From contig JAZJXT010000006.1 in NCBI GenBank assembly GCA_040390725.1, positions 367 to 64,366 on the forward strand: a DNA stretch of 64,000 nucleotides, written 5' to 3'. The notes below the pieces were generated by a model. That model was not told where the DNA came from and searched no databases. It saw nothing but the letters and a program-made list of their open reading frames with translations. Positions 7,950-16,633 of the stretch are shown here, piece after piece. Each line of letters starts with the position of its first letter. Position 1 is the stretch's first letter. The position numbers were made by a program, and so were the translations under genes. Origin of the DNA: Patescibacteria group bacterium (GTDB lineage Bacteria; Patescibacteriota; Minisyncoccia; Phycocordibacterales; UBA9973).

Positions 7950-10127
7950 TTAAATAATAATTTTTAAAACATCTAGGAACGACCTTGCTTGAAAATCAGA
8001 ACGAAGAGCTACGTTTTTCCTGTATATATGCTCAGTATATGCTATAAAATTTTCTGCTATGCCACTTTCTTTTATTTCATAATCAGTGTACCCATCACCT
8101 ATAATGATTGCCGGCATCGGCAAAGAAAGAGCTTTTAGTTGTTTTACTTTTCCTAAATGTTCAGAAGTTAACCGTGAAGAATCAACTCCTATTACTCGGC
8201 CGAATTTATTAAATTTAAATTTATTGGCAAATACATTCCCTGCTGGTATGCCTAATTTTTTTATAGTCGGCAAGATCATCTCTTCGAAACCACCGGAAAC
8301 TACATAAATATTTTCAGCATTTGTATTGAAGAAATCTTCATTGTCCAAGAATGATTTGGTAATAAATTTGGTTATCTGCTTGCCTGCTTCTAATACTTGG
8401 TCTCGTGTCGGCGCCATCAATGCCATTCTTTTTGCCAGTGATTCATCGAAACTTATTTCACCATTCATCCCCGAATTAGTAATATCTTTTATTTTCCAAA
8501 TAATTTGTTTTTTATTCGGGTTATTTTTTAAAGATAAATCTGCCAAAAAATCCAAAGATTCAACACATACAATAGTGCTATCAAAATCAAAAATAATACT
8601 TTTGTATTTTAACTTTTTACTATCACCAACCATTACTCCCCTGTTAAATAAATTCATCGGGTCTACGTCTTTTTTTAATTTATTTAATAAATTCATTTCT
8701 TTTTCACTATACAAAAAACTCAAAAATGATCGACCATTTCCCTTTGGATCTCTTACTGTTTTTCTGCCACATCCATGCTCAGCAGAAATAGTGCCGCCCA
8801 GCATCAAAGGAACATTTAAAAGTTTATCGTATATTTTTTCAGCCTTTTTCCAATTCTTCACAGAGTCTGGCAAAAAATTAAAATGTAAGTGCTGGTCCCC
8901 GATATGCCCCCACATTGCCGTGGCAGGAGCACTATTTTTTGGACAAAATTTCTTAAAATCTTTCTCCGCCTTTTTGTATATTTTCAATAAAACTTTAAAT
9001 TTAGAAACAGGTACGGCAAAATCAGTCCCGAGTTTTTTCATATTATTTTTTTTCAAGAAATTACGTACAGCACTTGGTATGCCATACCTGACTATTTTTA
9101 TAACTTCTTCACCATATTCTTTATTTACTTTAAAAGACTTCTTTGCTCTCTTTATTATTTTTTCTATTTTTTTATCCCCTTTCAAATACTCCACCTCTAC
9201 CAAAGAACTTTCCATGCTAAACGGAAGCTTGTTATTTTTAGAAAACAATTTTAAAGAATTTGAATCAATAAATTCCAAAGAAATAATCCCCTTTTGTCTT
9301 TTTAAATTAAATTTAAATTTTTGAAGATTTTCCGCAAAAGCCAAGGCTTTTTTTTCTTTATTAAAAGAATAAATATATGACATTATTTCCTTTTTTGGAG
9401 AAATGCCCACTTCGGCCTGAAGGATCAAGCCGAAAATTCCCTCTGTACCAATAAAAAGATCTATCAAATCCATATTTTTTGAAGTTAAAACTCCAGCGGA
9501 ATTTTTAACTTTTGGATTCGGCAATTTTGGTAAATTTATAATTTTTCCATCGAGTTTTATTTTCCAATTCTCTGCACTATATTTACCTCGAGGAATATAA
9601 AATATTTTTCCATTTGGCAACATTACCCATAATGCTTTCACATGGTCACGAGTCGGACCGAAACCAAAAGTCCGTGGCCCGGAGGCATTCGTCGCCACAT
9701 TGCCACATAGAAATGCATTCACCTCTCCCGGATGTGGAGCATAAAAAAGATTTTCTTTATCTAGTGCTAAAATTAATTTTTTTAACACTACCCCTGCGGA
9801 CACTATACAAGTCGTTTTATTTTTATTTAAAAATATTCCATTTGATATTTTTTTATAATTTTTTAAGTCCCCTATATTTTCAAATAATTTTTCAGTGCTT
9901 AAGATTATCGCTTCTTCATATGGCATGATACCGGCATTAAGCCCTGTCTTTGCTCCGCTAAAAGTTATGGGTACTTTATTTTTTATTGACTCATTTACGA
10001 TTCTTTTTACTTCAATAATATTTTCAGGATAAAAAGCTCGGCAAGAACTAGCAGACCTCAATGGCTTTATCCTGCCTGCATCCAATAAGTTCTCCTCTTT
10101 TATTATTTTTTGTTTGATTTTTTTCAT
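7950..10127 (-). CDS. fusion: FAD-linked 2-hydroxyacid oxidoreductase (GlcD/D2HGDH-like) plus C-terminal HAD phosphoserine phosphatase (SerB)
   Basis: GNVATNASG, DLFIGTEGIFG, GHIGDQHLH, GTISAEHGCG and DP.NLFNRG, then FDFDSTIV..ESLD, VVSGGF, IGDGYTD. Confidence 0.88.
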   Translation of the reverse strand: MKKIKQKIIKEENLLDAGRIKPLRSASSCRAFYPENIIEVKRIVNESIKNKVPITFSGAKTGLNAGIMPYEEAIILSTEKLFENIGDLKNYKKISNGIFLNKNKTTCIVSAGVVLKKLILALDKENLFYAPHPGEVNAFLCGNVATNASGPRTFGFGPTRDHVKALWVMLPNGKIFYIPRGKYSAENWKIKLDGKIINLPKLPNPKVKNSAGVLTSKNMDLIDLFIGTEGIFGLILQAEVGISPKKEIMSYIYSFNKEKKALAFAENLQKFKFNLKRQKGIISLEFIDSNSLKLFSKNNKLPFSMESSLVEVEYLKGDKKIEKIIKRAKKSFKVNKEYGEEVIKIVRYGIPSAVRNFLKKNNMKKLGTDFAVPVSKFKVLLKIYKKAEKDFKKFCPKNSAPATAMWGHIGDQHLHFNFLPDSVKNWKKAEKIYDKLLNVPLMLGGTISAEHGCGRKTVRDPKGNGRSFLSFLYSEKEMNLLNKLKKDVDPMNLFNRGVMVGDSKKLKYKSIIFDFDSTIVCVESLDFLADLSLKNNPNKKQIIWKIKDITNSGMNGEISFDESLAKRMALMAPTRDQVLEAGKQITKFITKSFLDNEDFFNTNAENIYVVSGGFEEMILPTIKKLGIPAGNVFANKFKFNKFGRVIGVDSSRLTSEHLGKVKQLKALSLPMPAIIIGDGYTDYEIKESGIAENFIAYTEHIYRKNVALRSDFQARSFLDVLKIII

Positions 10128-10164
10128 ATTATTTTGCTCTTTATTTATTTTTACAACTGAACCT

Positions 10165-10319
10165 AAATAGAAAACACCAGCTTTTTTAGAAAGCTGGTGT
10201 TTGGGTTGTTTTATTTAAAATTTACGACACAAAAATCAGCTTTCTATTGAATTAGAAGCTGATGAGGAAGCTACAGAAAGCCCGGAAATTTTCTTTAAAA
10301 TTGTGGCTGATCTAAACAT
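10165..10319 (-). promoter_or_regulatory. leader-peptide transcription attenuator of the ser operon
   Basis: Leader ORF plus mutually exclusive helices: UCAGCUUCUA/UAGAAAGCUGA, UAGAAAGCUG/CAGCUUUCUA and terminator AAACACCAGCUUU/AAAGCUGGUGUUU-UCUAUUU. Confidence 0.8.
10236..10319 (-). CDS. Ser-rich leader peptide MFRSATILKKISGLSVASSSASNSIES
   Basis: 27 codons, 9 of them Ser; ATG lies 6 nt after extended -10 TGCTATATT. Confidence 0.75.
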   Translation of the reverse strand: MFRSATILKKISGLSVASSSASNSIES

Positions 10320-10375
10320 AATATGAATATAGCACATAATAACAAATTATAAAAGTCAGCTGTGGAAAACCCTTT

Positions 10376-12010
10376 TTAATGCTGATAAAATCCTCTCGCC
10401 TCCGAATCAGGAATCATTATTAAATTCACACCTTTTTCTTTGCAAAGCTCTACTGTTTTGTCATCATTTACCGAGCCGGAAGTGGAAAAAATTGTTTTTA
10501 CTCCCCTGTCTATTAATACCTTAGGCGCATCAGGAAATGGGAAGAAACTATCACTATATGCCACTGCATTATTCAAATCCGCCTCTTTTGCATTTGCATC
10601 AAAAGTTCTAGCTGCATCATCGGCACGCAAAAGAGCAAGCTTTGCAGCGCCGACGCGGTCTTGCTGACCGACACCATTACCTACTAGCCGTCCATCTTTT
10701 ACTAAAGTTATCGTATTGCTATTTGAAGTCGCCCCCACCGCCCAAGCTAGCACAATATTTTGCATTTCCTCCTCCCTTATGGGGAGGATTGAGGAGGGGC
10801 GTATTTCAGGCACAAAATCATAGTTCGGTTGCATCATAAATCCACCTCGCACATAACGAAATCTTTTTGCAGTATCGAGCGACGCCATTCCCGCTTTTTC
10901 TATATTTTTATTTGCGAGTAATCTACACTTCCCTTTTTTTCTAGAAAGTATATCTATTGCTTCCGCTGAAAATGAAGGCGCGGAAACAATATCGAGCAAC
11001 CTCCTCACTCCTTCCGGAGAATATTTATGAATTAATTCTTCCGCTATTTTTTCATCGACATGAAAATTGAGCATCACTGAACCGCCGAAAATAGCACGCA
11101 AATCACCAAGCAACATTTTACCAACTGCTTCTATTCCGTCTTCTCCAAATCCCGCTCCGCAAGCATTGCCGTGTTTTGCACCAATTGCTATAAATGGAAC
11201 TTTCCCAAAATTTTTCTCAAACCCCGCGCCGATATGCGTCATAGTTTGCATCATTCTGTCCAAATCACAAATGTTGTTATAACTCATCGGACTTCCTGCT
11301 ACGAGCTCCCATTTATGAATCGCCAAACTGTCACCACCAGATAAATTCTCATACAGACTCGCCGGCTTCTGATAAGCATTCTCACCATAAACACATTCTA
11401 AATTTTTCTTGCCGAAAATTCCTTTGTATCCTCCAGCACTGTGATACTCACTAGAAATAGAACAATATTTTGAAACTACCGCTTCTACTTTTGCCGCTAA
11501 ATTATTTAAAAATTCTTCACGATTTTCTTCACCATTTTTTAACCACTCTAAAACTTTCATTCTATCGAGAGGGTCACAAATAGTAATGCGTCTGCCTTTT
11601 GCACCCGAGCGAATCAATGCTACTCCACCCATATCCGTCTGTGCTATGACGGATTCTTTTGTAGCTTCCGGTTTTGCTATTTCATTTTCCAATGGATATA
11701 AATCAGAACAAACTAAATCAATCCAAGGAATTTCATATTTCTCAAGTTCAGCCAAATGTTCCGGCGTGTCGAGAGCCAAAAGCCCGCCATGAATTTTCGG
11801 ATGAAGGGTAACTACGCGATGACTCAAAATAGCGGGTACTCCGGTAATGTCTGCAACATCAGTGACAGCTATCCCCGCTTCAGTTAAATGTTTTGCTGTA
11901 CCTCCGGAAGAAATTATTTTCCAACCCAAAGCCACTAAGCCCTCGGCAAATTCTTTGATACCTTGCTTGTCATATACTGATATTAGGGCTGTTTTTTGCT
12001 TATTTTGCAT
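10376..12010 (-). CDS. purH: bifunctional AICAR transformylase/IMP cyclohydrolase
   Basis: ALISVYDK, SSGGTA, RVVTLHPKIHGGLL, YGENAYQ, SYNNI, KHGNACG, SDSFFPFPD. Confidence 0.93.
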   Translation of the reverse strand: MQNKQKTALISVYDKQGIKEFAEGLVALGWKIISSGGTAKHLTEAGIAVTDVADITGVPAILSHRVVTLHPKIHGGLLALDTPEHLAELEKYEIPWIDLVCSDLYPLENEIAKPEATKESVIAQTDMGGVALIRSGAKGRRITICDPLDRMKVLEWLKNGEENREEFLNNLAAKVEAVVSKYCSISSEYHSAGGYKGIFGKKNLECVYGENAYQKPASLYENLSGGDSLAIHKWELVAGSPMSYNNICDLDRMMQTMTHIGAGFEKNFGKVPFIAIGAKHGNACGAGFGEDGIEAVGKMLLGDLRAIFGGSVMLNFHVDEKIAEELIHKYSPEGVRRLLDIVSAPSFSAEAIDILSRKKGKCRLLANKNIEKAGMASLDTAKRFRYVRGGFMMQPNYDFVPEIRPSSILPIREEEMQNIVLAWAVGATSNSNTITLVKDGRLVGNGVGQQDRVGAAKLALLRADDAARTFDANAKEADLNNAVAYSDSFFPFPDAPKVLIDRGVKTIFSTSGSVNDDKTVELCKEKGVNLIMIPDSEARGFYQH

Positions 12011-12030
12011 AATTTATTCTAAATTTTTAC

Positions 12031-12103
12031 TTAAAAACAAAAGCACCCCGAGCAAATGCAAGGGATGCTTTTATTATAGTACTTTTGAAAAGTTATTTCA
12101 ATT
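12031..12103 (-). repeat. 73-bp direct repeat copy 1 (promoter plus hairpin/terminator)
   Basis: Matches 13595-13667 with 2 mismatches; carries TTGAAA-17-TATAAT then AAAAGCATCCC...GGGGTGCTTTTG. Confidence 0.9.
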
Positions 12104-12905
12104 AATTATTATTTGTACTTTCCACTATAGTTTGCTTATCTATATTCCAATGTATAGCTTTATTCTTAAGAATTTTTCGTGCTGATAGATCGTTAATATA
12201 AACGTCTTTCCATAACCGTAAAACGTCATCGTGTTTTTCAACTAAAAATACTAACTTTTTTTCTAATTTAGTTATCACTGTTTTTAAGCCGGAAGGATTT
12301 ACCCTAACAAGGTTAATTACTTCATCCAGAATTTGCCTTGTTTCTTTAAAGTTTTGCGCATTATCTATTTTGCTATTCATAATAAATGCAATCTTAGGAA
12401 TGACTTTATTATTTTCAAATATCTCTATTTCTTGCATAGTCTCTGCGTCCCCTGAATCACCAAACGAAACTCCTGGCTCAAAAAATATATTATTTAAATC
12501 TTCTAATGAATTTGTATTTTTTATATCCTGCTCAAGAAGTTGAAAATATTTATTTACAAAACTTTTAAAAAGAGGGCGATCAGACTGTCTAATTTTTACA
12601 AAATAATGAATATGGAGATTTTTAAAATCAGAAAGTTCTTCGATTGTTGTTTTTGCACTATTTATTTTATTAGTAAATTGAGCAATAAACATCTCTTCTG
12701 CCATCTTAGCTTCAATTGGAGCATTTTTTGTACTATCTCGCTTGTACTCCTCCTCTATTTTTTCAGATTCTTGTTTCTGTTGAAATTCAGTATGCTTAAC
12801 AAGTCCTTCACCAATAGCAAGCCCTGCGAGAACAGCTAAGGCATTAGTAACTAAAGGGTTAGCCATAATTTTCTTTCCTATATTCATTCCTTCTTTTTTT
12901 CCCAT
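12102..12905 (-). CDS. hypothetical protein, N-terminal membrane anchor
   Basis: 267 aa ORF, no recognised family. Confidence 0.65.
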   Translation of the reverse strand: MGKKEGMNIGKKIMANPLVTNALAVLAGLAIGEGLVKHTEFQQKQESEKIEEEYKRDSTKNAPIEAKMAEEMFIAQFTNKINSAKTTIEELSDFKNLHIHYFVKIRQSDRPLFKSFVNKYFQLLEQDIKNTNSLEDLNNIFFEPGVSFGDSGDAETMQEIEIFENNKVIPKIAFIMNSKIDNAQNFKETRQILDEVINLVRVNPSGLKTVITKLEKKLVFLVEKHDDVLRLWKDVYINDLSARKILKNKAIHWNIDKQTIVESTNNN

Positions 12906-13033
12906 AAATTTATTATAAAGTTAATTAGTAATCCGACTCATATATAGTACTCTCTCTCTCTGCACGTCAAGCAAGTATGATTATCCACAGATTCATTTAC
13001 TTGTACATATCTACTAAATATGGTATCTTATAA

Positions 13034-13128
13034 ATGTGCCTGTGGGCGTAAGCCCCTTATCGGCTAAGGATCTTCCAAAGCTGAAGACAGGTACATAAAA
13101 AAACCCAAGCCAGTGCTTGGTTTTTTTT
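13034..13128 (+). ncRNA. candidate structured small RNA, copy 1 (three-helix, GUAA tetraloop) with terminator
   Basis: Promoter TTGTAC-17-TATCTT (13001-13029); 10-bp P1; homologous to 46967-47025 and 47527-47587 with compensatory changes. Confidence 0.75.
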
Positions 13129-13131
13129 ATT

Positions 13132-13572
13132 TTAATCTTCGTCTATTCCCTGAGTGTAAAGTCTTTGGTCGTATGGCATAACACTCCAAAACATTATATT
13201 GCCATCTCCGACTTGCTTTAAAATAATTTTTATTTTATGTTTTTTGTTATTTAATATCGCATGAAATCCCCAATACTGAACTTGTTTCATTTTATAAAAA
13301 CCGTCGTTTTGCATTTTACCATATTTTTCAATTTGCATACGATGCTCTTGAAGCGTTCCGCATTTAGGAATTATTTCTAATGCTTTTTTGAGAAGTATAA
13401 ATTTTAATATTTGCTCTTTGAGATTTCTCGGGGTACGATTCGGCTTATACTGAAGATGATTGAAACCATCTGAATTTAAAATTATTTTCGTTTGAAAATA
13501 CGGGCAATGAATTTCTTTTCTAAATTCATAAAGTGCTTTTGCTTTTGCGCGAATGTTTTCAAAATCTTGCAT
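13132..13572 (-). CDS. putative BECR/PBECR-like ribonuclease, paralog A
   Basis: HCP...I.(L/F)NS.GF.HL.Y...R..KEQ..K..LL and GDGNI.F.SV shared with 47042-47455; start set at leaderless ATG 13572; fold assignment by eye only. Confidence 0.6.
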   Translation of the reverse strand: MQDFENIRAKAKALYEFRKEIHCPYFQTKIILNSDGFNHLQYKPNRTPRNLKEQILKFILLKKALEIIPKCGTLQEHRMQIEKYGKMQNDGFYKMKQVQYWGFHAILNNKKHKIKIILKQVGDGNIMFWSVMPYDQRLYTQGIDED

Positions 13573-13594
13573 AATCAAAAGTATAACACAAAAA

Positions 13595-13667
13595 TTAAAA
13601 ACAAAAGCGCCCCGAGCAAATGCAAGGGATGCTTCTATTATAGTACTTTTGAAAAGTTATTTCAATT
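13595..13667 (-). repeat. 73-bp direct repeat copy 2
   Basis: Near-identical to 12031-12103. Confidence 0.9.
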
Positions 13668-13710
13668 CTACCACGGAGGAGTTTTCTCTGTAAAATAATT
13701 TACCTAATAT

Positions 13711-14013
13711 CTATGTGGGCTGTCCAGTATCCTTATCTATCAAATAATCCCCTATCAGATTTCCATTCTTATTAAAAACTTCCATGGAAAAACAAGAAGC
13801 CATTTTTTTACTCATTGAATTCTTAAAAACAACCGTGTTGCCTTCCTTTCCGTCACTTAAACTAACAAATTCATTTAAAATATTCTCGGGATCAAGCTTA
13901 TGAAAAGATACTAATTTTTCTATTGCCTGATCAACTGTTAAAACTTCTCCAATTTTAACAAAATCACTGAACACAGGTGGTTTATCTTTTTTACTACTCT
14001 CCATGGTAACCAT
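13711..14013 (-). CDS. hypothetical protein
   Basis: 100 aa ORF; upstream region resembles that of 12102-12905. Confidence 0.55.
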   Translation of the reverse strand: MVTMESSKKDKPPVFSDFVKIGEVLTVDQAIEKLVSFHKLDPENILNEFVSLSDGKEGNTVVFKNSMSKKMASCFSMEVFNKNGNLIGDYLIDKDTGQPT

Positions 14014-14201
14014 AAATTTTTTATATTTAAACTATTCCAATCCGACCTCTATATAATACCCCACTATAGTCATTTAGCAAGGACAGTTATACACAGGTAA
14101 AATGTCTATTTATCTATATAGAAAAGACAGTATACATCCAGAAAAAATAAAATACCCTTTCGGGCATTTTATTTTTTAATATATTTTTTATTTTATATTA
14201 G

Positions 14202-14573
14202 TTATTTCAACTCAACTTTGCCACCTACTTCTTCGATTTTCTTTTTAACTTCTTCAGCTTCAGCTTTCTTCATACCTTCTTTCAATGTAGCTGGAGCGCC
14301 GTCTACTAAATCTTTCGCTTCTTTCAATCCTAGACCCAAGACTTCTTTTACGATTTTCATAACAGCGATTTTTTGTTCACCTGCTGATGCTAGCACTACT
14401 GTGTAAGCACTCTTTTCTTCTTCAGCTCCGGCGCCAGCGCCTGCTGCAGGACCAGCCACAGCGACAGCCGCAGCAGATACTCCGAATTTTTCTTCGATAG
14501 CCTTTACTAAATCATTAAGATCAAGCACAGACATACCTTCTATTTTTTCTAACAAATCTTTAAATTTTTCCAT
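14202..14573 (-). CDS. rplL: 50S ribosomal protein L7/L12
   Basis: [21 protein letters not shown]. Confidence 0.98.
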   Translation of the reverse strand: MEKFKDLLEKIEGMSVLDLNDLVKAIEEKFGVSAAAVAVAGPAAGAGAGAEEEKSAYTVVLASAGEQKIAVMKIVKEVLGLGLKEAKDLVDGAPATLKEGMKKAEAEEVKKKIEEVGGKVELK

Positions 14574-14601
14574 AATAATATTTAAGTTAAATTTTTAATA
14601 A

Positions 14602-15081
14602 TTATTTCTTCTTTGCAACTTCGTTTAATCCTAATGCCAATCTTTGCATAGGAGATTTCAACAAGTATGCCAATTGCGAAAGTAAAACTTCTCGTCCTGG
14701 TATCGTTGCTATTTCCATCATTCTCGTTCCGCTCACAAATTGTCCTTCGAAAATTCCTCCCAAGATATTCAACATATCTTTGTGAGTTTTCTGGAAATTG
14801 TAAACTTCGCGAGCTGGCGCTATTTCATCAGATGAATAAGCTATTGCTACTTCACCTCCGAGCTCCGGCAATTCGCCTTTTGCTTTTCCGGCTAATGCTC
14901 TCTTTAATAAAGTCTTTCGAGAAACTCTATAAGACACTCCTTGATTTCGCAAATTTTTGCGAAGAACTGTCTCATCTCCGGCATGAATGCCGTGAAAGTT
15001 TACGAAGACAAGAGACTTTGACCCCGAGACAGCTGTCTCAAGATCCTTTATCATTCCTTCTTTTATATTTTTTGTTATCAT
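14602..15081 (-). CDS. rplJ: 50S ribosomal protein L10
   Basis: LRKNLR, V.RKTLL.RAL, IPGREVLLSQL; directly upstream of rplL. Confidence 0.95.
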   Translation of the reverse strand: MITKNIKEGMIKDLETAVSGSKSLVFVNFHGIHAGDETVLRKNLRNQGVSYRVSRKTLLKRALAGKAKGELPELGGEVAIAYSSDEIAPAREVYNFQKTHKDMLNILGGIFEGQFVSGTRMMEIATIPGREVLLSQLAYLLKSPMQRLALGLNEVAKKK

Positions 15082-15094
15082 AATTTGATTTCAA

Positions 15095-15197
15095 TAAAAA
15101 AAGCAGCTTTTCAGCCGCAAATTAATACACCAATGTATCGACCCCTAAGCAGGACTTCTTCCCTTTTCTCCGGGACGCCTACTGTCATTGCGGTATG
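15095..15197 (-). promoter_or_regulatory. L10 leader (rplJL autoregulatory RNA) with terminator hairpin
   Basis: GACAGUAGG...CCUGCUUAGG core, then GCGGCUGAAAAGCUGCUUUUUU. Confidence 0.75.
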
Positions 15198-15293
15198 TTC
15201 AATATAGCATATTTACAATAAATTGCAAGATTATTTTAAAGTTGTCCACACTTTTGCTTGCATACTTCTACACATTTGTTATTATATAAATAA

Positions 15294-15341
15294 CTTTGGC
15301 TTCGGCCTCCGAGAAACCCCCGCAAGGGGGTTTCGTTGTTT
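15294..15341 (+). ncRNA. candidate small RNA convergent with the solo MazF gene
   Basis: Promoter-like TTGCAT...TATTAT upstream; GGC-UUCG-GCC hairpin plus GAAACCCCC-GCAA-GGGGGUUUC terminator. Confidence 0.5.
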
Positions 15342-15711
15342 ATATATAATTTTTTAATTTATTTTTTATAACTTCAAATTCTTCAACAGGGATAACTGCT
15401 ATTTTACGAGCAAGTCTTCTGGTATCAATTAATTTTACCTGAGAAATAATAGCTGATGAACCAGTAGATGGTATTTCTACATACCAAGAACCTTTCTTTT
15501 TATTTGAAGTTAAAGGCACACCGATAAATGTATTTAATGTAACTTTTTTAATAACCAAAACCGGACGCTCAAAAAGCTCGTGTTTTCCACTTTGCTCACT
15601 GCCGATATTTAAACCGACAGAACAAAACCAAATGTCTCTTTCTGACACATAAATTGGATTGCGATTATTTATTTTTTTCTTTAATTCATTCCACTCATCA
15701 AAATCTTGAAT
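15340..15711 (-). CDS. PemK/MazF-family toxin, no adjacent antitoxin gene; reading frame begins at an ATT codon
   Basis: ERDIWFCSVGLNIGSEQ.GK...RPVLVIKK...GVPLTS...SQVKLIDTRRL; frame extends 21 codons (IQDFDEWNELKK) upstream of the listed GTG. Confidence 0.85.
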   Translation of the reverse strand: MQDFDEWNELKKKINNRNPIYVSERDIWFCSVGLNIGSEQSGKHELFERPVLVIKKVTLNTFIGVPLTSNKKKGSWYVEIPSTGSSAIISQVKLIDTRRLARKIAVIPVEEFEVIKNKLKNYI

Positions 15712-15799
15712 TCAGCAAGTATAACACGCATGCAATAAAAACCTTGTAAAAAAACTAATAATCTTTATTTAAAATAGAAAAATAAGGTATAATACTTAA

Positions 15800-16633
15800 A
15801 TGTTATCTACAATAATACCAATAGCTTCCGCATTTTTGGCGGCAATCGCCGGGATATTGGCTCGTGTTTTACTTAAAGACACTCCCGCAAAAAAAATGCT
15901 GTCTATAAATTTCCTTATTATGGGAGCAACGCTTCTTGTAATATCCCCTTTCTTTTATAAATTTACAGCTTCTTGGCAAAGTGTTAGTATCGTACTTTTA
16001 ATTGCAATCATTGATACTCTTGGAAATTATTTTTATTTCAAAACATTTGAAAAAACAGAAGCGAGCATTGCTCTGCCATTACTATCTCTCGCTCCGGTTG
16101 TAACATTTTTCTTTGGAGCAATTATTTTAAATGAATATACTTCAATACTTAAAATTATAAGCTCGTTAGTAATTGTTGTGCTTATTATTGTAATTTCAAT
16201 AGACTGGAATGAACTGCCAAAATTTAGAAAAGCAACATTATACCCGGCGCTAATTTCAGCATTTTTATTTGGACTATCAGCTATCCCAAGCAAATATCTA
16301 CTTTCAACCATTCACGCCATAAATGCGCCGACTCTATATATGTTTCGTGCAATACTTATCGGAATTTTTGCACTTATGTTTTTAAAAAACTCGTTGAGTA
16401 ATCTAAAAACAAAAACATACGGCTTTATATTTATCAGAGGGTTATTTGTTATAGGACAATGGATTCTTCTTTATTATGCGATAACCTTAGGCAACACAGG
16501 GGTTGCAGTCACCCTAGGAAATATCACTCCTATATTTGTACTATTTTTAAGTCTTATTTTTCTCAAAGAGAAATTCAATTGGAAAAAAGCTTTGGCAGCA
16601 ATTGCAATTCTTGCCATATCTTTTACGCTTTAA
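15800..16633 (+). CDS. DMT/EamA family transporter
   Basis: About 10 TM helices in two EamA halves; LSLIFLKEK motif. Confidence 0.88.
   Translation: MLSTIIPIASAFLAAIAGILARVLLKDTPAKKMLSINFLIMGATLLVISPFFYKFTASWQSVSIVLLIAIIDTLGNYFYFKTFEKTEASIALPLLSLAPVVTFFFGAIILNEYTSILKIISSLVIVVLIIVISIDWNELPKFRKATLYPALISAFLFGLSAIPSKYLLSTIHAINAPTLYMFRAILIGIFALMFLKNSLSNLKTKTYGFIFIRGLFVIGQWILLYYAITLGNTGVAVTLGNITPIFVLFLSLIFLKEKFNWKKALAAIAILAISFTL

Noticed and set aside
8326-9324. 332-aa plus-strand ORF and other antisense ORFs (e.g. 44624-45259, 55277-55744, 63363-63911)
   Set aside because: These are shadow frames opposite well-supported genes and have no motifs
12011-12103. ZTP (pfl) riboswitch upstream of purH
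   Set aside because: No GACUGGCG...GCCUGGGC pseudoknot consensus, and the leader is too short
12950-12961. (CT)6 tract as a phase-variation switch
   Set aside because: The tract is short and there is no evidence of length variation, although it lies in a possible promoter spacer
13034-13096. The three-helix RNA as a c-di-GMP-I riboswitch or a self-cleaving ribozyme
   Set aside because: It lacks the GEMM GGCAAA/GCAAAG core and the hammerhead, twister and pistol consensus by eye; two copies are convergent to genes and so cannot be 5' cis elements
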